Part shown: in pieces, positions 26,876 to 36,261 of the stretch
How positions within the stretch are numbered: the first letter of the stretch is position 1
How the letters are laid out: each line of letters starts with the position of its first letter
From: a virus
Taxonomy: Duplodnaviria; Caudoviricetes
Reading direction: 5' to 3' (one strand)
Length of the DNA: 64,000 bases
Virus record (IMG/VR): IMGVR_UViG_3300031555_002748
Span: 2,439-66,438 of that record
Translations under genes and position numbers: made by a program
The notes under the pieces: model-generated
Told to the model about the DNA's origin: nothing
Seen by the model: only the letters and a program-made list of their open reading frames with translations
Databases searched by the model: none

Positions 26876-29693
26876 CTAAACCACCTCCAATCTGTTTGGT
26901 TTGTAACGCAAATCTTTGTCCACCAAACTCTATATCACCATTATCATCTTTTATAGGTATATTTAACACATATCCATTGTTTTTTAATACATTATTAAAA
27001 ATTTCTTCTCCCGCTACTTCCCATGCAAATGATTTATTTTTGTTAGTTGTGTAACACACATCAACAATGATATTTGCTAAAACCTCACTATCGGGACAAA
27101 CAGTATAACAAGCATTAGAAAACTCTTCTATTATTTGTGCAACAAAGGCATCTCGCTCTTCTTTTTGAGAGTCATTCTTTTTAACCCCTTTTAAAAACAG
27201 TTGCATATTAGCATTATATTCTTCGTATAATTGCTTAATGGAATTATATTCTTCTTCTGTGTACTCTGCATTGCTTTTTAATATCGAATAATCAAATTCA
27301 ACATCTGGTAACACGTCAGTAGTTTGAAATTCATCTTCTATTCTCCAACAAATACGATTCATTGTACCAGGAGCTCTACTAATTGGCATATATTTTTCAT
27401 AATTATATATAAAAAGCTGTTCTTCTTCCGACTTATTATCATCTACATATAACTCGTCTAAATTTTTACCAAAACGAATCTTACAATTTGATTTTACTGA
27501 TTTCATATATTTATCTAATTCTGATTTTAAATGAGAATAACGATAAATAAAAAACCAAGGTTTAACTTCCGCAGCTATATTTACATTAATTTGTTTATCA
27601 AGAATTGTTGCTTCATCATCTTCTTCTTTAATTTTAAACAAACGTGAATCAAGCCACTCTTTTGGTACAGGTCTAGCAACAACGCCTTTTATTCTATCGA
27701 TAGCATTCTGTTGATAATTCATCATTGTGCTTATTCGATATGTCAAACGCTTATATTCCTCACTATCTTTATCGAATTGTTCTCTTAAAGAAATCATATT
27801 TGTAGCTTTATTTGTAACACTTCCTATAGAATCGCCAAAACCATTTATGTCTGATTTAACATAATCTTCTTCGGTAGGCACTTTTTTAACACTACTTTCT
27901 TGTTCGCACATTAAAGTTGTTTTATATTCGAATGCTTCAAGTAAAACTTTATTGTCAGTGCAAAAATTTGAATCAGAATCGTAGTCTTCTCCATTACATC
28001 TAATCGCTGTTGTATCCCAACTGTTTAAAAGAATACAAGTTTTAATATGCTGATACCATTTTTCCATTTCTGGACTTGTTACGACTTTAAGTTTACAAAC
28101 ATTTTCTATCGAAGTCATTGGTGCTCTAAACACACATATTTCTTCTGCGCCATTATCTGACCAATATTTATGGTAGCACTCTCCTGCTTTTAATAATCCT
28201 GTAATTTCTAGCCCAAAAATGCTTTGTAATAAAGAATATGGGTCATTTCCAGCAATTGCATAATCTCCATTGACATCTAAAACACCAATTTTAGCAGAAT
28301 TTATGCGTTTTTGTATCATTCTACTAACCTTTGACCTAACATAAGGGTCATTTATTAGCTCTGGATTAGCCATAATTGCCTTACATATAGGCTCCATATG
28401 TAACACATTTTTCTCGTCTAGCCCTGAACCACACATATATAAAATCAGTTTTCGCCAGTCTAAACCAAGACAGTCCTTAATTTTTGTCACAGTTGGTTCT
28501 ATAAGTTCATCAATTTGCTTGTCTGTGAAGCGAAAATCTTGTAAATACTGATAATTAGTAGTATGAACATTGCGAAGATCGTGAGGTGTGCTCTTTGCTA
28601 TACAAAATTCATACCCATTTTTCATACAATTATTGTAATAATCTTCGTATCCAGCGTATGAGTTCCATAGTTTTAGCATTGATACGGTTAAAATAACGTC
28701 TGTGTCTCTAACATCTCGCTCATCACCCCAAGCATCTTTGATGATGTAGGTATGTGCGACCTCTTCTGCGAATTTTTTAAAATCAACCGTAAATACCATA
28801 CCTTTTAGGAAAGCACAACGAGTATTAAACCCAGACAAAGGCTCTGAACCCTCATTTAATGCCTCTGCCCACTTAGCACTCATCTCAGGTGATATAAAAC
28901 CCATGCCATCACAGGTATTAATTTCAATCTCTATTTCTTTTGCTTCGCTTACACTAGGCCATTCTGGGTTTTCTCCGCCAGTATTCTTCACTATTCTTAC
29001 AACATCTCTGAATTTAGTGCTAGCGTCATCAACCACAATAACACGAGGCCAAGGGACGGGTATACTTGCTGAACACTGAAGAGCAAAATAAGCATTAATT
29101 TTAGCTGGTATAAATTTATAATTCAATTCTTTTCCATTGTAAGTTTTAACCGCTTCGTTTGTTTGTGGTCCCTCGTAACGTCCATTGTTAATCCTCTCTA
29201 CCAATTGACTATGAATATTTCTATTTACAAACATAATTGTACTTTTCTTTATAGAACCAGCAGTGCCAAGAAATCTTTTATATTCTACTGTTTCTGTTTT
29301 ATGTCCATAATCAATCGTGATAGAAAAGCCATGTTTGTACGCATACTGGTAATCTTTAGTAGAATCCATAACAAGCATCATATAATGTGGTTGAAACTGT
29401 AATTCATACAACTCATCGTATTTTTGACTAATTTTTTTCTTATTTTCTAACGAATTGCCTTGTTTTTTTAAGTATTTAATTTCTTGTTTAATCTTTGACG
29501 CTTCAATATCAGCGTCGTGTTTTCCAGTTAATTCTGGCATCCACCTAAGAACTTGAGATGACCCCAAGCTAACTACAAGCTGAGGTCTTCTCCTAATTTC
29601 ACTTAACTTAAGTGTTAGGTGCCAATTATTCTTAGATAGATATCCAGTATTAATTTTTAACACAAAAGTTTGATTTTTTTGTGATTTTGCCAT
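26859..29693 (-). CDS. yonO: YonO-like single-subunit (RdRP-related, double-psi-barrel) DNA-dependent RNA polymerase
   Basis: 944 aa; CDGMGFIS, R..FLKGM, FRAPM and the catalytic DxDxD motif (NGEDYDSD); upstream of the late genes as in SPbeta. Confidence 0.8.
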   Translation of the reverse strand: MAKSQKNQTFVLKINTGYLSKNNWHLTLKLSEIRRRPQLVVSLGSSQVLRWMPELTGKHDADIEASKIKQEIKYLKKQGNSLENKKKISQKYDELYELQFQPHYMMLVMDSTKDYQYAYKHGFSITIDYGHKTETVEYKRFLGTAGSIKKSTIMFVNRNIHSQLVERINNGRYEGPQTNEAVKTYNGKELNYKFIPAKINAYFALQCSASIPVPWPRVIVVDDASTKFRDVVRIVKNTGGENPEWPSVSEAKEIEIEINTCDGMGFISPEMSAKWAEALNEGSEPLSGFNTRCAFLKGMVFTVDFKKFAEEVAHTYIIKDAWGDERDVRDTDVILTVSMLKLWNSYAGYEDYYNNCMKNGYEFCIAKSTPHDLRNVHTTNYQYLQDFRFTDKQIDELIEPTVTKIKDCLGLDWRKLILYMCGSGLDEKNVLHMEPICKAIMANPELINDPYVRSKVSRMIQKRINSAKIGVLDVNGDYAIAGNDPYSLLQSIFGLEITGLLKAGECYHKYWSDNGAEEICVFRAPMTSIENVCKLKVVTSPEMEKWYQHIKTCILLNSWDTTAIRCNGEDYDSDSNFCTDNKVLLEAFEYKTTLMCEQESSVKKVPTEEDYVKSDINGFGDSIGSVTNKATNMISLREQFDKDSEEYKRLTYRISTMMNYQQNAIDRIKGVVARPVPKEWLDSRLFKIKEEDDEATILDKQINVNIAAEVKPWFFIYRYSHLKSELDKYMKSVKSNCKIRFGKNLDELYVDDNKSEEEQLFIYNYEKYMPISRAPGTMNRICWRIEDEFQTTDVLPDVEFDYSILKSNAEYTEEEYNSIKQLYEEYNANMQLFLKGVKKNDSQKEERDAFVAQIIEEFSNACYTVCPDSEVLANIIVDVCYTTNKNKSFAWEVAGEEIFNNVLKNNGYVLNIPIKDDNGDIEFGGQRFALQTKQIGGGLDVDFE

Positions 29694-29722
29694 TCTTACA
29701 CCGCCTTAATCATTTTGTTCTG

Positions 29723-29800
29723 TTAAAATTTCTTCTTTTTCTTGCTGATTAATCTTAAACCTATGCAAAACAGTGGTATTAAAAACCATGCACCATACAT
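29723..29800 (-). CDS. 25-aa hydrophobic/basic peptide
   Basis: RBS GGAGGAG, then MYGAWFLIPLFCIGLRLISKKKKKF*; below the ORF-track cutoff. Confidence 0.55.
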   Translation of the reverse strand: MYGAWFLIPLFCIGLRLISKKKKKF

Positions 29801-29834
29801 AATCAACTCCTCCTAGTTATTTTGTTGTGTTGAA

Positions 29835-29863
29835 ATTATACAACAAAACTTGATGTATGTCAA
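29835..29863 (-). promoter_or_regulatory. sigmaA-type promoter driving the yonO operon
   Basis: Perfect consensus TTGACA-17-TATAAT. Confidence 0.85.
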
Positions 29864-29896
29864 GCAGAATGACGGCATATTTTGAAATTTTTGCCA

Positions 29897-30640
29897 TTAT
29901 TCTATAACTACACAGTTGATTTTACCGCTGTAAGCCACACAAGCATCAATAGCCATAATACCAACATCAACAAAAGGTTCAAATTTGGCGACATTTTTGC
30001 CCCACTCAAAACCATCATCATGTAAATAAGCATGTCCCCAAGATGTGTGCCAATGACCACAAATAATTGTTTTACCATCAACTCTGTTTTTAGGATTTTG
30101 CCACATATCCATACCATTTATCCACCTTGCTTCTTTCCAATCAGATTCGTCGGCATCTCTAAAATCTTTTAAATGATAATAGGTTGGCAACCAAGCATGG
30201 GTAAAAATATAATCGCCTACTTCGTAATAGTTTACACAATTTTCATTAATAAAATCTAATATTGGTTGCATAGTATCTAAAATTTGACTTCTCGAAGCGG
30301 GGTCGTGAATAATCCATTCGCTCTGACCACAGAACTGACAAATTGTTTTTACAGTACCGTTGCTAAAATGATGGCGACTCGGAGTGTATTTTTTCTTAAG
30401 CTCATCCACGCAATCAAAGAGTAAATCTTCGTGGTTTCCTCTTATATAAATTAACCTACCTTGCTTTGCCATCTCTTTAGCAAACTCATATACTTGTACT
30501 GTTTCATCCATTCTATCAAACAAATCACCGCATATAATAACTTTGTGCTCATAATTATTTTTATCAAAACCCGCTTTTATTAAAGCATTCATTAACGGTG
30601 TGTACGCACTATGCACATCACTTGTAACAAAATATTTCAT
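29897..30640 (-). CDS. Calcineurin-like metallophosphoesterase (Ser/Thr phosphatase-like)
   Basis: Motifs SDVH, GDLFDR, RGNHE, THA and GHWH. Confidence 0.85.
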   Translation of the reverse strand: MKYFVTSDVHSAYTPLMNALIKAGFDKNNYEHKVIICGDLFDRMDETVQVYEFAKEMAKQGRLIYIRGNHEDLLFDCVDELKKKYTPSRHHFSNGTVKTICQFCGQSEWIIHDPASRSQILDTMQPILDFINENCVNYYEVGDYIFTHAWLPTYYHLKDFRDADESDWKEARWINGMDMWQNPKNRVDGKTIICGHWHTSWGHAYLHDDGFEWGKNVAKFEPFVDVGIMAIDACVAYSGKINCVVIE

Positions 30641-31240
30641 TTACTTATTCTCCAATCCAATCATCACTTCTTTCATTCTATTTTTATTTGCTAAAATCTC
30701 ATCTAATGTCACTGGCTCGTAATCCCAATACATACATCCAACATTATAGATTTCATTCTGAAGCCCACGCTCATTTAATGTTTCAGCAATTGCAATCTCT
30801 ACCATTGCTTCGTCACCAACATGTGAATGTCCGTGCAAATGAATTGCTCCATATCTATGTCCATTATACATAGGAATAAAATAATGGCTAAGAATGCAGC
30901 GACGAGTTGTACCATCCTTGAGCGTTACGGGAACGTCATAACAATCTCTAATGTCATCAAAGCACTTTCTTGCCTCAGGATTACGCAAAAATTGGTCGTG
31001 GTTACCCTTAACAAGAATCTTATGACCATTAAGTTGTTTAAGTATCTTGGGGGCATCGTCATTGCGTGTCTTCCAAACAACATCTCCTAAAATATAAACC
31101 GTATCGTCTGGACCAACCTTGTTGTTCCAACGACGGATTAATTCTTCGTCCATTTCTTCTACGGATTTAAATCCACGCTTGTCGAACTTAATTGCGTTTT
31201 GATGTCCGATGTGCAAATCTGCTGTAAAAAATATACTCAT
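30641..31240 (-). CDS. Metallophosphoesterase
   Basis: Motifs ADLH.GH, LGDV, KGNHD, LSHY and LHGHSH. Confidence 0.85.
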   Translation of the reverse strand: MSIFFTADLHIGHQNAIKFDKRGFKSVEEMDEELIRRWNNKVGPDDTVYILGDVVWKTRNDDAPKILKQLNGHKILVKGNHDQFLRNPEARKCFDDIRDCYDVPVTLKDGTTRRCILSHYFIPMYNGHRYGAIHLHGHSHVGDEAMVEIAIAETLNERGLQNEIYNVGCMYWDYEPVTLDEILANKNRMKEVMIGLENK

Positions 31241-31257
31241 TTCTTTTATTTTCTCCT

Positions 31258-31614
31258 TTAATTTATATAACCTTCATCTTCTTCAATCTCTAAGTACTTA
31301 AAAAGTACCTTTTTATAATCTTCATTTGTTTCGCAATCTGCGGTAATGTCATCCCAGTCATCAGGTAAGCATTCAAGCGACCATATCTTGTTGCCAAACC
31401 TATCATAATAAACTCCTAAAACTGTTTCGGCTGGATAAGTGATATAACTTAACATTCCACCCGTAATTTCACTATAAACTTTTGGAACTTCTTGCATTAT
31501 GGTATAAAAATCATGTAATTCTTTTTTTAATTGTTCTAAATTAATACTACCGTTCTCATCGCAGACAATATCTTTCCAAAATTCTTGCCAAACCTTTTCT
31601 ATTTCTTTTCGCAT
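31258..31614 (-). CDS. Hypothetical protein
   Basis: 118-aa ORF in a co-oriented operon. Confidence 0.6.
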   Translation of the reverse strand: MRKEIEKVWQEFWKDIVCDENGSINLEQLKKELHDFYTIMQEVPKVYSEITGGMLSYITYPAETVLGVYYDRFGNKIWSLECLPDDWDDITADCETNEDYKKVLFKYLEIEEDEGYIN

Positions 31615-31910
31615 ATAATCTTCTCCTTGTTTAATTTATCAAACTCTTCGCACCAAGATTTATAAACATTATCATATGATGCTTCATTCATATAAAGTGC
31701 TTGTGTCAATAATGATTTATAAAATCTTCTGTCGCGCTCTTGCTCATATCTGATTTCTTGAATGGCATCTCCGATTATTTTAAGAAATTTATCAGTTATT
31801 TCTTCAGATTTTTCTGTTGCTTCGGCAATTCCTTTTATAGTTGCTTCAAGTGCTGGCTGAACTATATTTGTACAAATAAATTCAACATCTTCTTTTGTCC
31901 AATTAACCAT
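31599..31910 (-). CDS. Hypothetical protein
   Basis: Likely start MVNW at 31910 after GGAG. Confidence 0.55.
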   Translation of the reverse strand: MVNWTKEDVEFICTNIVQPALEATIKGIAEATEKSEEITDKFLKIIGDAIQEIRYEQERDRRFYKSLLTQALYMNEASYDNVYKSWCEEFDKLNKEKIICEKK

Positions 31911-32736
31911 TGTTGCTCTCCCTAAACGTATTTTCAACATAATCTCTGTCTTGTGTAAAAATGGGAATCTCTTTATCGATACACCATTTTTTATTTATTG
32001 ATATACCTTCTTCCCATAATTTCTCTACTTCTTTCTTTATGCAACAAACGCCTCGCTTAAACTCTGTGGGCATATCATTAAAGTTAATACCTTTTTGTAG
32101 CATTAACATATCTTGAATATCATTACAAGATTTATTTTGTAGTTCCTTGTGAGAGAAGTTGCACTGACCGAGCATCTGGATGGCGTTACGGGTTGCATCT
32201 TGCTGACGCCAGATGAAGCAATTAGTTACTTCATCCTCGGGAATGTTGAAGCAACGAGAGTCAAACATAGCCTTAAATCTTTTATTATAAAGCTTATTAG
32301 CTATATGTTCATCTTCTTCGGTTCTACGAAAATGATTGCTTAAATTATCCTGATTATCCCAAAATTCTTCATCAATCACCTGATTGAATTTCAAAGTAGC
32401 CATGCTTGCCGAAACACTACACATCTTCTGTACAGAATAATCAAACCAACCATCTGTCGTAAGAGTATCATAGTCGGTCAGAAGTAGAGTAATCTCATCT
32501 GATTGAGTATAGCCGAGTTTACAGCCTTGAATATTTTCACATAAATATTTCATTGTTTCATTCATTGCATTATGGAATATCTCGTCATAAGGCTTATCAA
32601 ATCCTTTTGTGAACGAGTGGAAGGCTTTGCCGTCAAGTCTAATGATGACTGGCATCCTACGAACCAAATAAATCTTGGCACGGTTCTCATAGTTTTCTTT
32701 CATACGATCGCCAAGCGAATCTTTTTTATTACTCAT
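31903..32736 (-). CDS. tRNA(His) guanylyltransferase Thg1-like protein
   Basis: Motifs RLDGKAFHSFT, YTQSDEI, FDSR and WRQQDATRN. Confidence 0.9.
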   Translation of the reverse strand: MSNKKDSLGDRMKENYENRAKIYLVRRMPVIIRLDGKAFHSFTKGFDKPYDEIFHNAMNETMKYLCENIQGCKLGYTQSDEITLLLTDYDTLTTDGWFDYSVQKMCSVSASMATLKFNQVIDEEFWDNQDNLSNHFRRTEEDEHIANKLYNKRFKAMFDSRCFNIPEDEVTNCFIWRQQDATRNAIQMLGQCNFSHKELQNKSCNDIQDMLMLQKGINFNDMPTEFKRGVCCIKKEVEKLWEEGISINKKWCIDKEIPIFTQDRDYVENTFRESNNG

Positions 32737-32752
32737 TGTTTTTCTCCTTTAA

Positions 32753-33139
32753 TCATTCTGTTTTGTTATCAATAATATCAAATACATCAAGTTGCCCTGG
32801 TAGTTGCTCAATTTCAACTTTCTTGCGCTTTCTTTTCGGCTTATCTTTTGTTTTGAGCCAATGCTCATAAAGTTCGTCGTAAGTAGGGGCATTTTGTTTG
32901 TAGTGAATAAACCCATCACTGTATTTCATAACATTGCCGTATTTATCTATGGCAAATATTTTATCCTCTGAGATAAAAAACTTTCGTCCATCTTCCGCTT
33001 CTAATGTTATACCCTTATCTTCTTTAGGTTTAACGTCGGCAAAAGCACTTTCTTCACTATTTAGTGCGTCTTTAATTTCTTTTGCCTTTTGTGGATCTTC
33101 AATATACACAGTGCCTTCATTCATTGATTGTATTGACAT
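32753..33139 (-). CDS. Hypothetical protein
   Basis: 128 aa; C-terminal QLPGQLDVFD resembles a sliding-clamp-binding motif. Confidence 0.6.
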   Translation of the reverse strand: MSIQSMNEGTVYIEDPQKAKEIKDALNSEESAFADVKPKEDKGITLEAEDGRKFFISEDKIFAIDKYGNVMKYSDGFIHYKQNAPTYDELYEHWLKTKDKPKRKRKKVEIEQLPGQLDVFDIIDNKTE

Positions 33140-33462
33140 ATCATTTATCCTCTTTTACTCTTTTCATCCAACTTCTCTTACCACAATGTGGGCACTTAAC
33201 ATATACCCATTTGCCAAAAAGATGAAATGAATTTACTTCTTTCCAGAAGCTAACGTCTCTTGTTTCGCCACAATGTTTACATTTAAATTGTTTCATATTT
33301 GTGGTTAACCTCCAATTTATTTTCTTTACAATACTCTAATGCATCTTGCCTACTCTTAAAAGTTAACATATTATAACCATCTTCTTTTCTTATAATTGAT
33401 TGTCTAGTAGGTTCAATAATTAAAAACAAATCTTTTCCATATTTTAGAATTCTATACATAAC

Positions 33463-33726
33463 TTAATCCCTCCCAATAGTACACAGCCAAATAAACAAAC
33501 CTATTAACGCGTAAATAGGTGTAAATGCCAAGTGTAATAACCACAAAAATATTGCACCAAACATATTAACTTTACAATATTTATATAAAGTGTAAGGTGA
33601 AAGAAATGTTATATTAAATTCCTCTTGAATCCATGCAATAACAATAAATCCTAAAAAATGTGTCACCATATAAATAATTATTAAAATCTGCCACCATAAC
33701 ATATTACTTTGCCTCCATCCAACCAT
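33463..33726 (-). CDS. Small membrane protein
   Basis: Two long hydrophobic segments; real start probably MLWWQ. Confidence 0.6.
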   Translation of the reverse strand: MVGWRQSNMLWWQILIIIYMVTHFLGFIVIAWIQEEFNITFLSPYTLYKYCKVNMFGAIFLWLLHLAFTPIYALIGLFIWLCTIGRD

Positions 33727-33859
33727 TTTTTAATTTGTTTTTGTTTTTAACATCAATATCAGGATAATTATAAAAGCAATATGTATTACAAGTCCCTTTT
33801 TGTGGGTCAACATATTGACATTCTATACCTTTTCTTTTACAAACCATAGTTGTTTCCCC

Positions 33860-34372
33860 TTAATCATCTACCACAGTATAACCAAACGGCACTTCGCCAT
33901 CTATAATATTCTTCCAATGAGTTCTTACGCATTGGCTAGCAAATTCTGATGAACTAAGATTTTCTTGTGCTTGTTTTTGTAAAGCTTCCCAGATATCTGA
34001 ACTAATTGTTTTGTTAAACTTATGATAATACTGTGGATAAAGCATATTATCATAATCAACAAGTTTGAGACCACATTTATTGTCAAGACAATTCCATCCA
34101 GTAATAAAATCCCACGTTACGGCACCAGCTTGAAATCCAGTAATGCCGAATTTGCTTGAAAGATACCAAGCTACCGCAAGTGCAGCTTGAGCTATTGCAC
34201 GAGGTGCTTCGCCATAACCACAGTTGTAATGCTCTTCAACGTCTTTGATAAAAGCGGTGAGATCTTCAAAAGTTTTGATTTGCTTGCGTTGTTCTGTAAG
34301 TTTATCACGAACTATAAATTCGTATGGGGTTTCATTTTCTTCTTCTGTTAAAAAACTTCTTTTTTCTTCCAT
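33860..34372 (-). CDS. Hypothetical phage protein
   Basis: Likely start MEEK at 34372; GITGFQAG and MLYPQY motifs. Confidence 0.65.
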   Translation of the reverse strand: MEEKRSFLTEEENETPYEFIVRDKLTEQRKQIKTFEDLTAFIKDVEEHYNCGYGEAPRAIAQAALAVAWYLSSKFGITGFQAGAVTWDFITGWNCLDNKCGLKLVDYDNMLYPQYYHKFNKTISSDIWEALQKQAQENLSSSEFASQCVRTHWKNIIDGEVPFGYTVVDD

Positions 34373-34406
34373 AATTAAACTCCTATAATCATTTTGTTTC
34401 GTAACC

Positions 34407-34435
34407 AATATATCACATTTGGAAATATTTGTCAA
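34407..34435 (-). promoter_or_regulatory. sigmaA-type promoter
   Basis: TTGACA-17-TATATT with extended TG. Confidence 0.7.
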
Positions 34436-34549
34436 CTGATTTGAGGGGTATTTTTAAAATTATTTCAAATTATTGACTATAAACTACTATATATAATCAA
34501 TAATTAATTACACACATTATCTTATATCTTAAAACTCTATTTTTATGTG

Positions 34550-35002
34550 TTAGTCCATTAAATCAACTTCATACTTTGAATAATAATCAGATGAGCGTTT
34601 ATGGTATTCGTGCATATCATTTTCACAATACATACCATATCTATCAGTTCCAATGTTTGCTCGTCCACAAGTGTCCTTTAATAAGAAGACACCATCTTCA
34701 ACATCATCCCATTTATTCTTACAGCCTCTACATTTTATACACTCTGCTTCTCGTTTATCGTCTTCGTACCAATCTTTATTCTTTTCTGCAATAAACTCAT
34801 CACACTTCTTTTCATCTAGGAATACGGCAATAGGGCTTGAATCATCACAAATATTCAAAGACTGATATACTATATACGCTTTACTCATATTCTCACCATC
34901 ACTTAAAATTTTTTTATTTTTTTTATTAGTTTCATTCATTTTTATTCTCCTCCAACCATTTTGCAAATTCTTCTTGGCGTTTTTGCCACGCCGCGTAGTC
35001 AA
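34550..35002 (-). CDS. Hypothetical Cys-rich protein
   Basis: ORF track; real start probably further downstream (MSKAY). Confidence 0.5.
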   Translation of the reverse strand: MTTRRGKNAKKNLQNGWRRIKMNETNKKNKKILSDGENMSKAYIVYQSLNICDDSSPIAVFLDEKKCDEFIAEKNKDWYEDDKREAECIKCRGCKNKWDDVEDGVFLLKDTCGRANIGTDRYGMYCENDMHEYHKRSSDYYSKYEVDLMD

Positions 35003-35291
35003 CGTTGTTCCAACGCTTGCGACATTTGAGGCAGAGTGACTTGTTTTGTTGTGTGCAGCACTCTGTGTCCGTGGTAACTACTTCGTTATAGATAGGGCAG
35101 TTGATTTCTGGATTGCCGAATCTATACTCGATATAATCTTCATAATCAGTTACATAAGCGCCGACGCATTCTTCTTTCAGTTCGCCGTCTTCTAGGTATT
35201 CGATAATATAGGTTTGGCCATAGTCGTCTTGCCCAAGGTTGATCATGTGACCGTTGTAGACGATAGTTTTAATGTATTCTTCTTGTTTCAT
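34932..35291 (-). CDS. Hypothetical protein
   Basis: 119 aa, translationally coupled. Confidence 0.6.
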   Translation of the reverse strand: MKQEEYIKTIVYNGHMINLGQDDYGQTYIIEYLEDGELKEECVGAYVTDYEDYIEYRFGNPEINCPIYNEVVTTDTECCTQQNKSLCLKCRKRWNNVDYAAWQKRQEEFAKWLEENKNE

Positions 35292-35542
35292 TTGTTAGAC
35301 TTCTCCTTGTTGGTTTTTTCAAAAGTGATTGGGTCATAATCCCAACGTTTACAATAATCTAACACCTCTTGCTCGGATATTTCTTCTATTGTCTCTGTTC
35401 CACATAATCTACAGCGATAATAATGTTTGCGTTCTTTGTAGTTAGAACTACACCATTCAAAGTCATGTGGACAAATCTCTGGGTGTGTAACACACATTTT
35501 AAAAAACATATTTGCTGCATATTCTAAGTTATGTATATCCAT
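35288..35542 (-). CDS. Small Zn-finger protein
   Basis: CPH...CRLC motifs. Confidence 0.6.
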   Translation of the reverse strand: MDIHNLEYAANMFFKMCVTHPEICPHDFEWCSSNYKERKHYYRCRLCGTETIEEISEQEVLDYCKRWDYDPITFEKTNKEKSNK

Positions 35543-35543
35543 T

Positions 35544-35735
35544 TTAATTCTCCTCTAATTGTTTTCTAACGTGCATAATTGCCGCTTTGCACTTGTCGCA
35601 GATTTTTGGGCCACCATGCCACATTGATATCGATACGTCTTCGCCACAAATTAAACAAGGTATAACAAATTCGTACACCGGTGCAATGTCTGTTTTAATT
35701 ACACAGTCGTTTTGTCCTATTTTTATTTCATCCAT
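35544..35735 (-). CDS. Small Zn-finger protein
   Basis: CLIC...CDKC motifs. Confidence 0.6.
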   Translation of the reverse strand: MDEIKIGQNDCVIKTDIAPVYEFVIPCLICGEDVSISMWHGGPKICDKCKAAIMHVRKQLEEN

Positions 35736-36261
35736 TTTTGTTCTCCTTTGTCGTATTGCTTGATACTGTTATTGTTGGTGCTGGATTTGGATTACCTACC
35801 GATGTTCCACCACAATAAACAATATTTGGATAATAACCACCACCAGAACAATCACAGAAATCTCTATGTGGTGCATTTACTTTGCCGCACTTAGGACAAA
35901 TCCAACCGTAGTTAAGCGTGCTCGGTGGGTCACAAGGTGTTGGGCTCGGTGGCCAATCGCCTGGTTGTGGTGACGGTGGCCAATCTCCGACCTTGGGTGT
36001 TCCTAAAATGGATTGGTCGTGCCCCCATAGTTTATTCAAAGCGTCGTTGTCCGTCCATTCTGTTTCAAATCCAGAAGTAAAATAGAAGTCACATTTTTTA
36101 CATCTTAATTGTGCTTTAGGTGGGTTGCTAGTTAATATGAGTTGCGTATTATATTCTATTTCATCACTAGCGCATCTTGGACATATATTACTTCCAGTCC
36201 AACGTTCCCATTCGGGGCGAGAGTAGTTGTTTACGCATGATATAGTTTCATTTTTATTCAT
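35728..36261 (-). CDS. Double Zn-ribbon protein with Pro-rich linker
   Basis: CPRC/CKKC, GDWPPSP twice, and GWICPKCGKVNAP..DFCDC. Confidence 0.65.
   Translation of the reverse strand: MNKNETISCVNNYSRPEWERWTGSNICPRCASDEIEYNTQLILTSNPPKAQLRCKKCDFYFTSGFETEWTDNDALNKLWGHDQSILGTPKVGDWPPSPQPGDWPPSPTPCDPPSTLNYGWICPKCGKVNAPHRDFCDCSGGGYYPNIVYCGGTSVGNPNPAPTITVSSNTTKENKNG

Noticed and set aside
17786-29693. Introns or inteins in terminase or RNA polymerase
   Set aside because: Both ORFs are uninterrupted, of expected size, and show no intein or homing-endonuclease motifs.
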